35,029 bases of DNA, taken from IMG/VR virus record IMGVR_UViG_3300012667_000474, positions 1-35,029 of that record. The stretch is one strand, 5' to 3'. Each line of letters starts with the position of its first letter. Positions within the stretch are counted from its first letter, which is position 1. Shown here in pieces: positions 8,996 through 16,847 of the stretch. Both the position numbers and the translations under genes were made by a program. The notes beneath the pieces were generated by a model. It made no database searches and had not been told where the DNA came from. It was given only the letters and a program-made list of their open reading frames with translations. Source of the DNA: a virus (Duplodnaviria; Caudoviricetes).

Positions 8996-9166
8996 ATGAC
9001 CCACCAACCCTGCCCGATCACCGTGACGACGTTCCACACCAACGATCCTGATACGGTTGAGACGACCCACAACATTGACCACAACGACCTGATTCATCGC
9101 AAGTGGCTCAACCGTCACATGTTCTGGGCGCTGCGCAATGGTCGTGGTGTGGAACTTAGCCCATGA
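8996..9166 (+). CDS. Hypothetical protein, 56 aa
   Basis: ATGA-coupled to the next gene; protein-like composition. Confidence 0.6.
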   Translation: MTHQPCPITVTTFHTNDPDTVETTHNIDHNDLIHRKWLNRHMFWALRNGRGVELSP

Positions 9167-10239
9167 TCCTACGCCCCTCATCCGCTCATATCTGGATCAA
9201 TTGCGCCGGATACCCGCGCCTCGCCGCGACGCTACCGCCTGAAATGCCGTCAGATCCGGCCCGTGAGGGCACCTGCGCGGCTTGGGTGGCAGAGATGGTC
9301 CTGATGGGGGAAGCCCCCTCCACGGCCGATCTGGTGGGCGCTGTGCATGAAAACGGCTGGGTCGTTGACCGGGCCATGGCGAACCACATCCACGGCTATG
9401 TCCAGATGCTCCGGTCGCATGGCGGCGCCATCCATGCGGAACGCCGCGTGGTATTGAATGAATTGGTGCAGGGCACTCCCGATGCTGCGGCGGTCTGCGA
9501 CAACGGCACACTGTTCGTTGACGATCTGAAATACGGCTTTGAGATTGTCGAACCGTCAACGCCGCAAGTCAGGATCTACGCCGGGGCGCTTTATCGCGCG
9601 CTGATCGCCGCTGGTGTGGCCATCAACCGCATCCAGCTTGGTATCTACCAGCCGCGCGCCGCACACCCGTCCGGCATCTATCGGACGCGCAGCATGACGG
9701 TGCAGGAGTTGCTGGCCGACATTGTGATGATCGAAACCGCTGCGCAGGCGACCCAAAGCGAGACGGCGATGTGCGTTGCCGGGGAGCATTGCCGCCGTTG
9801 TGATGCGGCAGGGAAGTGCTTTGCTGTGGCGCATGAGGTTTACCGCGCCGTGACGCAGATGCTGCCCGCACAAGAGCGGCATTTGACTGCGGCGGAAATG
9901 GCTGCTGAGTTGGCTTTCTTGGATCTGGCAGAAGCTATGTTCAAGGGTCGGCGCGATGCCATCACGGCCGAAGCGGAAGCGCGACTGATCCGTGGCGAAC
10001 ATATCCCCGGTTGGCACATCGAATCGGGATACGGTCAACGCCGTTGGAAGTTCGATGCGAAAACGATTCACATGCTGACGGGGATCGACCCGACGGCTGG
10101 GAAGATGGTCACACCAGCGGAACTTGAACGCCAAGGTGCGGACCCGAAACTGTTGGCGTCCCTGACCGAGACGCCACGAACCAAAGCGAAACTCAAGGCC
10201 ATGCCGGAAGGTTACTTGGCCGCTAAATTTGGAGGATGA
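9163..10239 (+). CDS. Cas4-like / DUF2800 PD-(D/E)XK exonuclease
   Basis: PSSAHIWINC, EGT, GTPD..DDLKYG, QVRIYA and GEHCRRC..KC Fe-S-type cysteines. Confidence 0.88.
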   Translation: MILRPSSAHIWINCAGYPRLAATLPPEMPSDPAREGTCAAWVAEMVLMGEAPSTADLVGAVHENGWVVDRAMANHIHGYVQMLRSHGGAIHAERRVVLNELVQGTPDAAAVCDNGTLFVDDLKYGFEIVEPSTPQVRIYAGALYRALIAAGVAINRIQLGIYQPRAAHPSGIYRTRSMTVQELLADIVMIETAAQATQSETAMCVAGEHCRRCDAAGKCFAVAHEVYRAVTQMLPAQERHLTAAEMAAELAFLDLAEAMFKGRRDAITAEAEARLIRGEHIPGWHIESGYGQRRWKFDAKTIHMLTGIDPTAGKMVTPAELERQGADPKLLASLTETPRTKAKLKAMPEGYLAAKFGG

Positions 10240-10496
10240 CCACAGTGGATGCAATGCCCGGACACAACAGCGTGACGGCTGACGAACTCCGTCAGTTCAT
10301 TGAACGCGCAGAACAACTGACCTCGGAGAAACAGGCGCTGCAAGGCGACATCTCCGATCTGTTTGCCGAAGCCAAGGGTCGTGGTTATGACACCAAGGTG
10401 ATGAAGAAGGTGATCGCGCTGCGCAAGCGCAAGGCCGACGACGTTGCCGAGGAAGAAGCCATCCTTGACATGTATAAATCCGCATTGGGGATGTGA
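10236..10496 (+). CDS. gapR: GapR / DUF2312 (UPF0335) DNA-binding protein
   Basis: ADELRQFIERAEQL..EK..I.DLFAEAKGRGYDTKVMKKVIALRK..EEEAILDMYKSALGM is near family consensus. Confidence 0.93.
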   Translation: MTTVDAMPGHNSVTADELRQFIERAEQLTSEKQALQGDISDLFAEAKGRGYDTKVMKKVIALRKRKADDVAEEEAILDMYKSALGM

Positions 10497-10903
10497 TCAT
10501 GCTGATTATCCCACTGGACATGAGTGGAGAGGAATTTGCGGTGTGGCACGCCCTTCGCACCGCACAGGATCTGGCACACGACACCGCACAGAAAGCCGGA
10601 TGGTATCGTGACCCCAAGACGGGTGAGCCGATAACCCGCAACTTCGGTGAGGTTGTGGCCCTCATGCACAGCGAACTTTCCGAGGCGCTTGAAGCCGACC
10701 GGAAAGGACTGAAAGACGACAAGCTGCCGCACCGCGACGGTCGCGAAGTGGAGTTTGCCGACTGCATCATCCGCATCTTGGACACCGCTGCGGCCCTCGG
10801 GCTGGACGTGGCCGGGGCGCTGATCGAGAAGAACCGATACAACCGTTCGCGGTTGGATCACAAACTTGAAACCCGTGCTGCCGATGGCGGCAAAAAATAC
10901 TGA
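10493..10903 (+). CDS. MazG-like NTP pyrophosphohydrolase
   Basis: ALMHSELSEALEADRK..EVEFADCIIRILD..K.RYN.SR. Confidence 0.85.
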   Translation: MIMLIIPLDMSGEEFAVWHALRTAQDLAHDTAQKAGWYRDPKTGEPITRNFGEVVALMHSELSEALEADRKGLKDDKLPHRDGREVEFADCIIRILDTAAALGLDVAGALIEKNRYNRSRLDHKLETRAADGGKKY

Positions 10904-10916
10904 GAGGATACACCCC

Positions 10917-11144
10917 ATGAGTGACATTCGTAGTGAATCGGACGACCGCACGGCGAACAATGCCGTCAGGCACACATATCGCGTGTTGTCCGATGACGAA
11001 AAGGCGCAGATGGTCAAACTGAAAGACCTCGGCGCGGAGTTCATCACTGCTTGCCAACAGATCGGCGGCAGTCGTGAAATGTCGTTGGCAATCACCAACA
11101 TTGAACAGGCGGTCATGTGGGCCGTCAAACACGTCACCAAGTAA
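10917..11144 (+). CDS. Acb2/Tad1-like helical-hairpin protein (putative cyclic-nucleotide sponge)
   Basis: YRVLSDDEKAQMVKLKDLGAEF is like the Acb2 N-terminus; SREMSLAITNIEQAVMWAVK is a Tad1-like helix; GAGAGGA SD. Confidence 0.7.
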   Translation: MSDIRSESDDRTANNAVRHTYRVLSDDEKAQMVKLKDLGAEFITACQQIGGSREMSLAITNIEQAVMWAVKHVTK

Positions 11145-11154
11145 GGAGAAGCCC

Positions 11155-11982
11155 ATGAGTGAACGTCTCGACTTTTTCACCCCCGTTGTTGGCCGTTTCG
11201 TCAACGGTTCAATCACTGAAAAGCGCACCAAGGACAGCGACAACCGGGAAATCCCGGCTGAGAAGCAACGCTACGAATTTGGTGTGGCCTTCGAGAAGGC
11301 TGCTATCTGGCCGATGCTGACCGAGCAGTGGTATCCCTTCCTCGCTGGTGCCATGGCCCGCGACCAGAACGCCTTGACCCGCATGACCAACTGGTTCAGC
11401 ACCATGCAGGGTTTCTCCATGAAGGTGTCGGATGGCGACAAGCCGAACGCACAGGGCGCCATCAACGAGCATACCAAGAACTGTTTCGTGGTGTATTTCT
11501 CGTCCATGTATCCGCCGAAAGCGGTTGGTCCCGATCCGGCCTTCACCGAAATCGACCCGGCCATCATCAAGCGCGGCTTCTATGTGCAGGTGGCGGGCAA
11601 CATCGGCAGCAACGAACAGCCGGGTGATCGCGCAGGCATCTATGTGAACGGCAACGTCATGCGCCTGATCGCCGAGGGCGATGAGATCCGTGGCGGTATT
11701 GACGCTGCGTCAGCGTTCGGTGGTGCTGCGGCCCCGACCGCCTTGCCGCCCGGTGCGCGCCCCTTGGGTAGCACTTCCGGCATGGGTGCTGCGTTCGGTG
11801 GTGCGCCCGCTCCTGCGGGTTTGCCGGGTCTGCCGGGTGGTGCCCCGGCCCCCGCGCCGACGGTTCCTGCCGCAATGCCGGGTATTCCCGGTGCCGCTCC
11901 GGGGATTGCATCCGGTGGTAGCGTTCCGGGCGTTGTGCCGCACACCGGCATCTTGGCGGGCCCGCCCACGCTGTCGCGCTGA
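11155..11982 (+). CDS. Single-stranded DNA-binding protein (DUF2815/Enc34-like) with low-complexity Gly/Ala/Pro tail
   Basis: KVSDGD, IKRGFYVQV.G and GIYVN..V.LIAEGDEI..G.DA..AFG; lies between nuclease and polymerase; AAGGAG SD. Confidence 0.75.
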   Translation: MSERLDFFTPVVGRFVNGSITEKRTKDSDNREIPAEKQRYEFGVAFEKAAIWPMLTEQWYPFLAGAMARDQNALTRMTNWFSTMQGFSMKVSDGDKPNAQGAINEHTKNCFVVYFSSMYPPKAVGPDPAFTEIDPAIIKRGFYVQVAGNIGSNEQPGDRAGIYVNGNVMRLIAEGDEIRGGIDAASAFGGAAAPTALPPGARPLGSTSGMGAAFGGAPAPAGLPGLPGGAPAPAPTVPAAMPGIPGAAPGIASGGSVPGVVPHTGILAGPPTLSR

Positions 11983-11990
11983 TAACCACA

Positions 11991-12014
11991 GGGGCGGGCT
12001 TCACGGCCCGCCTC
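11991..12014 (+). other. GC-rich stem-loop after SSB, no clear U-tract
   Basis: GGGGCGGGCT-TCAC-GGCCCGCCTC. Confidence 0.5.
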
Positions 12015-12034
12015 GCTTCACACAGGAGGATGAG

Positions 12035-12136
12035 ATGGCACGACTGATTGGGCACATTCTGGGTCAAATTGCGCAAGGGCTTGTATGGGGCGTCGGCTTC
12101 GCATGTGGCCTGAAACTGGCGGAGTGGTTGTGGTGA
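12035..12136 (+). CDS. 33-aa hydrophobic peptide
   Basis: AGGAGG SD; MARLIGHILGQIAQGLVWGVGFACGLKLAEWLW; stop overlaps the polymerase GTG (GTGA). Confidence 0.65.
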   Translation: MARLIGHILGQIAQGLVWGVGFACGLKLAEWLW

Positions 12137-14058
12137 GCAACATCCCCGATACCGACTGGATCTATGACATCGAAACCTATTACGATCTGTTCTGCGCCGA
12201 CATCACGCATGTGAAGACGCGGACCCGGTTCATCTTTGAGGTGTCGGATCGGCGCGACCAATCGCGCGACTTCGTGGCCTTCATTCACTGGTTGCGTGAC
12301 ACCAAGGCCCGGATGTTCGGCTTCAACAACGTCGGCTTTGACTATCCGGTCATCCACTCGCTGTGCCAGAATTGGTCATTCACGCCCTATGACGCGCACA
12401 AGCGCGGCACCGACATCATCTTTGCCGAGAACCGCTGGACCAATCAGGTGTGGGCATCAGATCGAATTGCGACCCAAGGCGACCTGTATCTAATCCACCA
12501 CTTTGACAACAAGGCCCGGTCCACCAGCCTCAAGAAGCTGGAAATCAACATGCGCAGCGCCACGGTCGTGGACCTGCCCTATCCGCCTGACCAGCCGACA
12601 ACCTCGGCACAGAAGACGGAAATCATCAACTACATGTGCCACGACGTGTCGGAGACGTTGAAGTTCTACCACATGACGTTGGAACAGATCGCCTTCCGCG
12701 ACCAGCTTGCAGAGCGGTATCGTGACCTTGGCGATGTCATCAATATGAACGACACGAAGATCGGCAAGAAGTTCTTTGAGATGCAGTTGGAGAAAGCCGG
12801 AACGCCCTGCTACGCGCGGGTCAATGGTCGTCGGCAGCCGTTGCAGACCAAGCGCGAAACCATCGCGCTGCGGGACGTGATCAGCCCTCGTGTGACATTC
12901 AACGAGCCGGACTTTATCCGGGTCAAGACATGGCTGGAATCGCAGGTGCTGTCGCGTCAGATGATCGAAGACAGCCTGAGCGAGACGGTGGAAACCAAGG
13001 GCGTCTTCAAGGGCGTGACGGCCACAGTGAACGGCTTCACCTACCACTTCGGCACGGGCGGCATCCATGGGTCGATTGAATCAACGGTGGTGCGTGAGAC
13101 GGACGATTGGGAAATCTGGGATTGGGATGTGGCGTCGTTCTATCCGAACCTCGGTATCAGCAACCGCGTGTTCCCGGCGCACCTGAGTGAATCATTTTGC
13201 GACATCTACAAAGATGTTTACGACATGCGGCAGGGATACAAGAAAGGCACGGCTGAGAACGCCATGCTGAAACTGGCCCTGAACGGCGTCTATGGTGACA
13301 GCAACAACAAATACAGCCCCTTCTATGACCCGCAATACACCATGAGCATCACGATCAACGGTCAGCTTATGCTGTGCATGTTGGCGGAATGGCTTGGCGC
13401 GGGTCAGGTGCGGATGATCCAAGCCAACACCGACGGCATCACGGTGATGGTCCGCAAGGACCACGTTGAATGGATGAAGGAAGTTTGTAAGGCATGGGAA
13501 GCACGCACCGGGCTTGAACTGGAATCGGTCCAGTATGACGCGATGTTCATCCGTGATGTGAACTCCTACATCGCCGTGAAAAAGAAGGACAAGAGCCTGA
13601 AACGTATCGGCGCTTACGCCTATGAGACGCCGCTGGAAAACCCAACAACGCGAGAACTCGGTTGGCATAAGGACCACAGCAATCGTGTGTCCATCATGGC
13701 GGCCGAAGCGCAGATGGTTCACGGTGTTCCGGTCGAAACCTTTATCATGCAGCACCGCGACCCGTTCGACTTCATGTTGTCGATCAAGGTGCCACGGTCC
13801 AGCCGGTTGATGCACGGCGAGACACGAGTGCAGAACACCAGCCGCTATTACGTTTCGACGGACGGCACGCACCTGACCAAATTCATGCCGGGGTTGAAGG
13901 GCGGGCCGGAACGCGAGTTTGCGGTGCAGAAGGGCTGGACCACAACGCTGACAAATGATGCTAGAGCGTTCCGCTGGGATAATGTAAATTGGCTCTACTA
14001 CATCAACGAAGCGAAAAAGTTGGTCATAGATGAATCAGGAAGCGGGCTGTCAGGGTAA
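12133..14058 (+). CDS. Family B DNA polymerase with 3'-5' exonuclease
   Basis: YDIETY (ExoI), GFNNVGFDYP (ExoII), YMCHDV (ExoIII), DWDVASFYPN (A), KLALNGVYG (B), QANTDGI (C). Confidence 0.93.
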   Translation: MSNIPDTDWIYDIETYYDLFCADITHVKTRTRFIFEVSDRRDQSRDFVAFIHWLRDTKARMFGFNNVGFDYPVIHSLCQNWSFTPYDAHKRGTDIIFAENRWTNQVWASDRIATQGDLYLIHHFDNKARSTSLKKLEINMRSATVVDLPYPPDQPTTSAQKTEIINYMCHDVSETLKFYHMTLEQIAFRDQLAERYRDLGDVINMNDTKIGKKFFEMQLEKAGTPCYARVNGRRQPLQTKRETIALRDVISPRVTFNEPDFIRVKTWLESQVLSRQMIEDSLSETVETKGVFKGVTATVNGFTYHFGTGGIHGSIESTVVRETDDWEIWDWDVASFYPNLGISNRVFPAHLSESFCDIYKDVYDMRQGYKKGTAENAMLKLALNGVYGDSNNKYSPFYDPQYTMSITINGQLMLCMLAEWLGAGQVRMIQANTDGITVMVRKDHVEWMKEVCKAWEARTGLELESVQYDAMFIRDVNSYIAVKKKDKSLKRIGAYAYETPLENPTTRELGWHKDHSNRVSIMAAEAQMVHGVPVETFIMQHRDPFDFMLSIKVPRSSRLMHGETRVQNTSRYYVSTDGTHLTKFMPGLKGGPEREFAVQKGWTTTLTNDARAFRWDNVNWLYYINEAKKLVIDESGSGLSG

Positions 14059-14185
14059 AGAGAAGTTGACGCCCGAGCGGGCCAAACAACTGGCCCGCAC
14101 CATGAACAAGCGAAAGAAGCGCGATATTGCCGTGGTGGCCTATCGTTGCAAGCAATGCCGACAATGGCACATCGGAGGGAAGTGA
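14030..14185 (+). CDS. 51-aa basic Zn-binding protein (absent from the ORF track)
   Basis: Manual translation: MNQEAGCQGKEKLTPERAKQLARTMNKRKKRDIAVVAYRCKQCRQWHIGGK. TGATG overlap with the next gene. Confidence 0.7.
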   Translation: MNQEAGCQGKEKLTPERAKQLARTMNKRKKRDIAVVAYRCKQCRQWHIGGK

Positions 14186-14466
14186 TGAATGTTCTAGAAG
14201 TTGTTGACACGCTCCTGCGAGACGGCGTGTGCCATAGCGTCTTCGTTGGCAAGAGTGCGTTGCCGGGGCGCCAGTGCTTCGCCACGCTCGTGACCGGCAC
14301 TGCTGTGACCATCGCAACCGGATCCGGCAACACCTCGCAGGAAGCCTTGGCTGATGCCCTGAGCAAGCTGCCTCGGGCCGCTGCGGCAATGCCTGTGGCA
14401 CCCGCACAGACGCGCCCGGTGATGCCGGGAATGAACCGCAACGCTATGCCCGGATTTGGAGCCTGA
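14185..14466 (+). CDS. Hypothetical protein, 93 aa
   Basis: GGAGGG SD, TGATG coupling, Ala/Pro/MPG-rich tail. Confidence 0.7.
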   Translation: MNVLEVVDTLLRDGVCHSVFVGKSALPGRQCFATLVTGTAVTIATGSGNTSQEALADALSKLPRAAAAMPVAPAQTRPVMPGMNRNAMPGFGA

Positions 14467-14467
14467 T

Positions 14468-15130
14468 ATGGACCATACTGCTGCACGCCGTGAAGGCGAC
14501 GAAATGATCTGCGCCACCTGTGGTCTTCGGTGGGATGTCGCCGATCCTGAGCCGCCGCGCTGCCAGACTGCATCGAAACCGCTGGTGAAGCTGATCGGCC
14601 TGTCCGGCGCGGCCGGATCTGGCAAATCCACCGCGGCACAGTATCTGCACGACGCGCACCGGTATCAGCGCAAGCGGTTCGCACAGCCGCTGAAAGACGC
14701 AATGCGCCGCATCCTGCACGGTGCGCTGCTGGATGACCACACCATTGAGCGGATGATCGAGGGCGATTTGAAGGAAGTCCCGACGCCCGTGTTGTTGGGC
14801 AAGACGCCGCGCCACGCAATGCAGACCCTCGGGACGGAATGGGGCCGCCATTGCATCGGTGAGGACTTCTGGGTCAACCTGATGCGGCACGCGCTGGACA
14901 CCAGCAAGCGCGGCGCGCTGATCGTGATCGAGGATGTGCGCTTTGACAATGAGGCGGCGCTGATCCGCAGCTTCGGCGGCCGGATCATCCGCATGGAAGG
15001 TCGGGGCGGCATTTCTGGGTCGCATGTGTCAGAGGCAGGCGTTGAACCCGATCTGACATGCTACAACGGTGGGTCGATCACTGAAACCCACCGCTGGTTC
15101 GATTACGTCCTTGGTTTTACCACGTCGTAA
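14468..15130 (+). CDS. Deoxynucleoside monophosphate kinase (T4 gp1-like) with N-terminal Cys-rich extension
   Basis: LIGLSGAAGSGKST, FAQPLK, TPRHAMQTLGTEWGR and IEDVRFDNEA. Confidence 0.9.
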   Translation: MDHTAARREGDEMICATCGLRWDVADPEPPRCQTASKPLVKLIGLSGAAGSGKSTAAQYLHDAHRYQRKRFAQPLKDAMRRILHGALLDDHTIERMIEGDLKEVPTPVLLGKTPRHAMQTLGTEWGRHCIGEDFWVNLMRHALDTSKRGALIVIEDVRFDNEAALIRSFGGRIIRMEGRGGISGSHVSEAGVEPDLTCYNGGSITETHRWFDYVLGFTTS

Positions 15131-16013
15131 GGGCCACGCGCCGCCAAGTGTTCGTCGCCACGCAGACGTAGAGATACGATGCGTCGGCGGCGACTTGTCC
15201 CGCAGTGCCGGTTGCCGTTGCACTGGCCGGAACTGTGGTCATCACCGATTTGCTGTTTTCCCACCGGCCCGTTGCGGTGTTGCGCCGAATGAAATCGCCA
15301 TTGGCCAGCGCGGTGAACAGCACGTCATGCAGTTCCTCCAACTCATAGCCGTTGTCCACCTTGACGTAGATTTCCCCGGCCCCGGCGCTGGACTTGATGC
15401 AATGACCCACCACAACACGGTGCGCAGGTGCGACGGGCGGAATGTGAGTGAACTGGCCTGCCGTCTCTGAGAGGTAAATCGTTGCGCCCTCGGGGATGCC
15501 CGAGGTGTTGATGGCCCGCACCACACCGAACAGGGTCACATAGCCGCTGGCGTTGTTGGCGATGGTTTCAGTCACAACACCGTAGGTTGATGCGCTGGTG
15601 GCTTCAACCGATGCGTCAGCAAGATCGACGGTCAGGTGCGTGCCGCTCGATCCGGTGATGCGAACCACCGCACCATCCGAGATGGTCACGCCGCTGACGT
15701 TGCGGCACAGCTTGTTGTGTTCCTGCCCGACTTGCAACGTCACGTTGGCGTTCAGCCGCAGGTCCATGGTGCCCTCGGCCGCGTTCCAGACCATCTTCCC
15801 GGCCGTGTCGGCAACCGCGCCCGCGCCAGTATTAAGCTGGAATGAATCACGCACGCTGGGGTCGCGCCATTCCGTGTCGAAGGATGTGGTGCTGCGCTTC
15901 GTCAGCGCGTGTCCTGTGGCCCCTCCGACCGGAACGCCTTGTCCCGGTGCGCCGCCGGTCAAGACCAGCGTTGTGACAGCGCCCTGCGTCGTCAGCGTGA
16001 CGTTAGTTGTCAT
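15117..16013 (-). CDS. Probable virion fibre/appendage protein
   Basis: Thr/Gly/Ala-rich beta-type sequence; C-terminal YLYVCVATNTWRR motif typical of fibre proteins; last gene of the tail operon. Confidence 0.65.
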   Translation of the reverse strand: MTTNVTLTTQGAVTTLVLTGGAPGQGVPVGGATGHALTKRSTTSFDTEWRDPSVRDSFQLNTGAGAVADTAGKMVWNAAEGTMDLRLNANVTLQVGQEHNKLCRNVSGVTISDGAVVRITGSSGTHLTVDLADASVEATSASTYGVVTETIANNASGYVTLFGVVRAINTSGIPEGATIYLSETAGQFTHIPPVAPAHRVVVGHCIKSSAGAGEIYVKVDNGYELEELHDVLFTALANGDFIRRNTATGRWENSKSVMTTVPASATATGTAGQVAADASYLYVCVATNTWRRVALTTW

Positions 16014-16308
16014 GGGTCACATCCTCCACAATGCGCAGCTTGACCGTTTCGGTGCTGCGGACCTCTGCGCTGTCGGTGTATTCAATGTCCCACGTCGCGT
16101 TACCCACGGGCCACAGTTCCGATTGCGCGGCGGTGGCGGACAGGGTGAACTCACCCGTGGCGGCATTGGTCTTGGTGACGGTCAACTCCTGCACCCACGA
16201 CCCGGCCCGGATCTGACTGCGGATGGTCGTCGCGGTGATGTCCACACCCACGCGCTGACATTGGGCGGAGAACGTATCGCCGCGCTTCACGGTCACTGTG
16301 GTCATCAC
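16003..16308 (-). CDS. Small Ig-like (BppU N-terminal-like) virion protein
   Basis: KRGDTF..IRSQIR..GEFTLS..WPVG.ATWDIEY..STET pattern. Confidence 0.6.
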   Translation of the reverse strand: MMTTVTVKRGDTFSAQCQRVGVDITATTIRSQIRAGSWVQELTVTKTNAATGEFTLSATAAQSELWPVGNATWDIEYTDSAEVRSTETVKLRIVEDVTHDN

Positions 16309-16526
16309 ATCACCCCCAGAGGCAGGACAGTTGCGGCACCAACGACCGTGACAATGAAATCCCGCACATCGGGTGTGCCGCGACCAGTCAGGTCATACAA
16401 TTCTTTTGCCGCACCCGCCACGCAGGCCAGCGCGAAACCGCACCAATACGGGAACCCATATGCTGCGGGCAGGGCCGCGAGTGCGGCACCCGCGAGAAAA
16501 TGCGCAGTCTTGTCAATTGGTGGCAT
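16305..16526 (-). CDS. Small membrane protein (DK..HF..KE..D motif)
   Basis: Hydrophobic helices, DKTAHFLAG and KELYD..GTPDVRD. Confidence 0.7.
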   Translation of the reverse strand: MPPIDKTAHFLAGAALAALPAAYGFPYWCGFALACVAGAAKELYDLTGRGTPDVRDFIVTVVGAATVLPLGVM

Positions 16527-16528
16527 GA

Positions 16529-16837
16529 TCAGGCCTTTTCATCAGGGTAAGGATAACGGTCACGGATTTCCTGCCGCTTGGCTTTCCATTCCGCCTCGGT
16601 CGCCTCGCCCGCCTGCCACTTGAAGAACATCGGATCGGCTTCGGCGGTATAGGCGGCTTGGCGGTTGGCTTCTTGCTGTTCGCGGGTTGGTGGGATGGGA
16701 GCGGGCGGCGAGAACACACCATCCGCGTAGGTCCAGCCCGGACCAGCCTCATCAGTGGCGATCCATCCATCATCCAACGGCTTTTCTGCCAAGACGATGT
16801 TGACCACCAACTCTTTTTCAATGACTGCGAATCTCAT
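16529..16837 (-). CDS. Putative tail-fibre assembly/chaperone protein
   Basis: Directly downstream of the fibre gene; GPGWTY.DGVFSPP and AY..EADPMFF..W...R.EI..RYPYP. Confidence 0.7.
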   Translation of the reverse strand: MRFAVIEKELVVNIVLAEKPLDDGWIATDEAGPGWTYADGVFSPPAPIPPTREQQEANRQAAYTAEADPMFFKWQAGEATEAEWKAKRQEIRDRYPYPDEKA

Positions 16838-16847
16838 GTCACGTTCC

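Noticed and set aside
9163-10239. Cas4-like gene as evidence of CRISPR-Cas
   Set aside because: Stand-alone DUF2800-type nuclease in the usual nuclease-SSB-polymerase context; no cas1/cas2 or array.
5906-10903. Z-genome (2-aminoadenine) pathway
   Set aside because: HD and MazG-like genes are present, but no PurZ-like gene is in the window.
14078-14099. Hairpin GCGGGCCA..TGGCCCGC after the polymerase stop as a terminator
   Set aside because: It lies inside the 51-aa Zn-finger ORF and has no U-tract; not enough support.
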